The translations under genes were made by a program, and so were the position numbers. From assembly GCA_964016885.1 (NCBI GenBank), contig OZ024742.1, forward strand, positions 339,574,001 through 339,638,000: a stretch of DNA of 64,000 nucleotides, read 5' to 3'. Of this stretch, positions 63,784-64,000 are shown piece by piece. Source of the DNA: Eledone cirrhosa (Eukaryota). The notes under the pieces are model-generated. The model ran no database searches. It was given only the letters and a program-made list of their open reading frames with translations, and was not told where the DNA came from. Every line of letters begins with the position of its first letter. The stretch's first letter is position 1.

Positions 63784-64000
63784 AGAAAACGAAAAATCAG
63801 TGATGCATCTGGACTTAGTTTATTTCGTGTTACAAATGTTTCGCCGGCATGTAGCGCGAGTCATGGTCCTTGTATGGATCTGGCTGATTCTACTTATATA
63901 TATGAGTTCAAATTCGGCCGAATTCTCCTAGACTTAATGATTAATTGATTAATTTAATTAGACAATTCTATTTATTGGTTAATTGTTTATGTTTGTTTAA

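Noticed and set aside
63825-63890. Hammerhead half (GAA-ACAttTGT-A on the minus strand)
   Set aside because: No CUGANGA-like 5' core was found.

Overview
Eukaryotic, repeat-dominated window with no recognisable host gene. The style of the tRNA-derived SINEs suggests an octopus-like cephalopod (inference). 1-21.07 kb is a purine-rich satellite built from 14/15-bp monomers with higher-order structure; its huge minus-strand ORFs are artefacts. 23.4-27.7 kb holds two 5'-truncated Tx1/L1-group LINEs embedded in long (CCTA)n tracts. 38.4-54.3 kb holds three related Tx1-type LINEs head-to-tail, joined by (TCTA)n. 28-38 kb and 54.5-58 kb are a (TA)n-rich pile of Penelope-like element (PLE) pieces, fold-back palindromes and about a dozen hammerhead-ribozyme-like motifs, including core variants. 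There is also an RTE fragment with a twin-priming-type inversion, SINE clusters and a mariner-derived MITE. The most notable signals are splice signals placed immediately before ORF1 and ORF2 of the Tx1 LINEs, their YCTA-microsatellite association, and the hammerhead-bearing palindromes. All structures were read by eye; no searches or folding were run.
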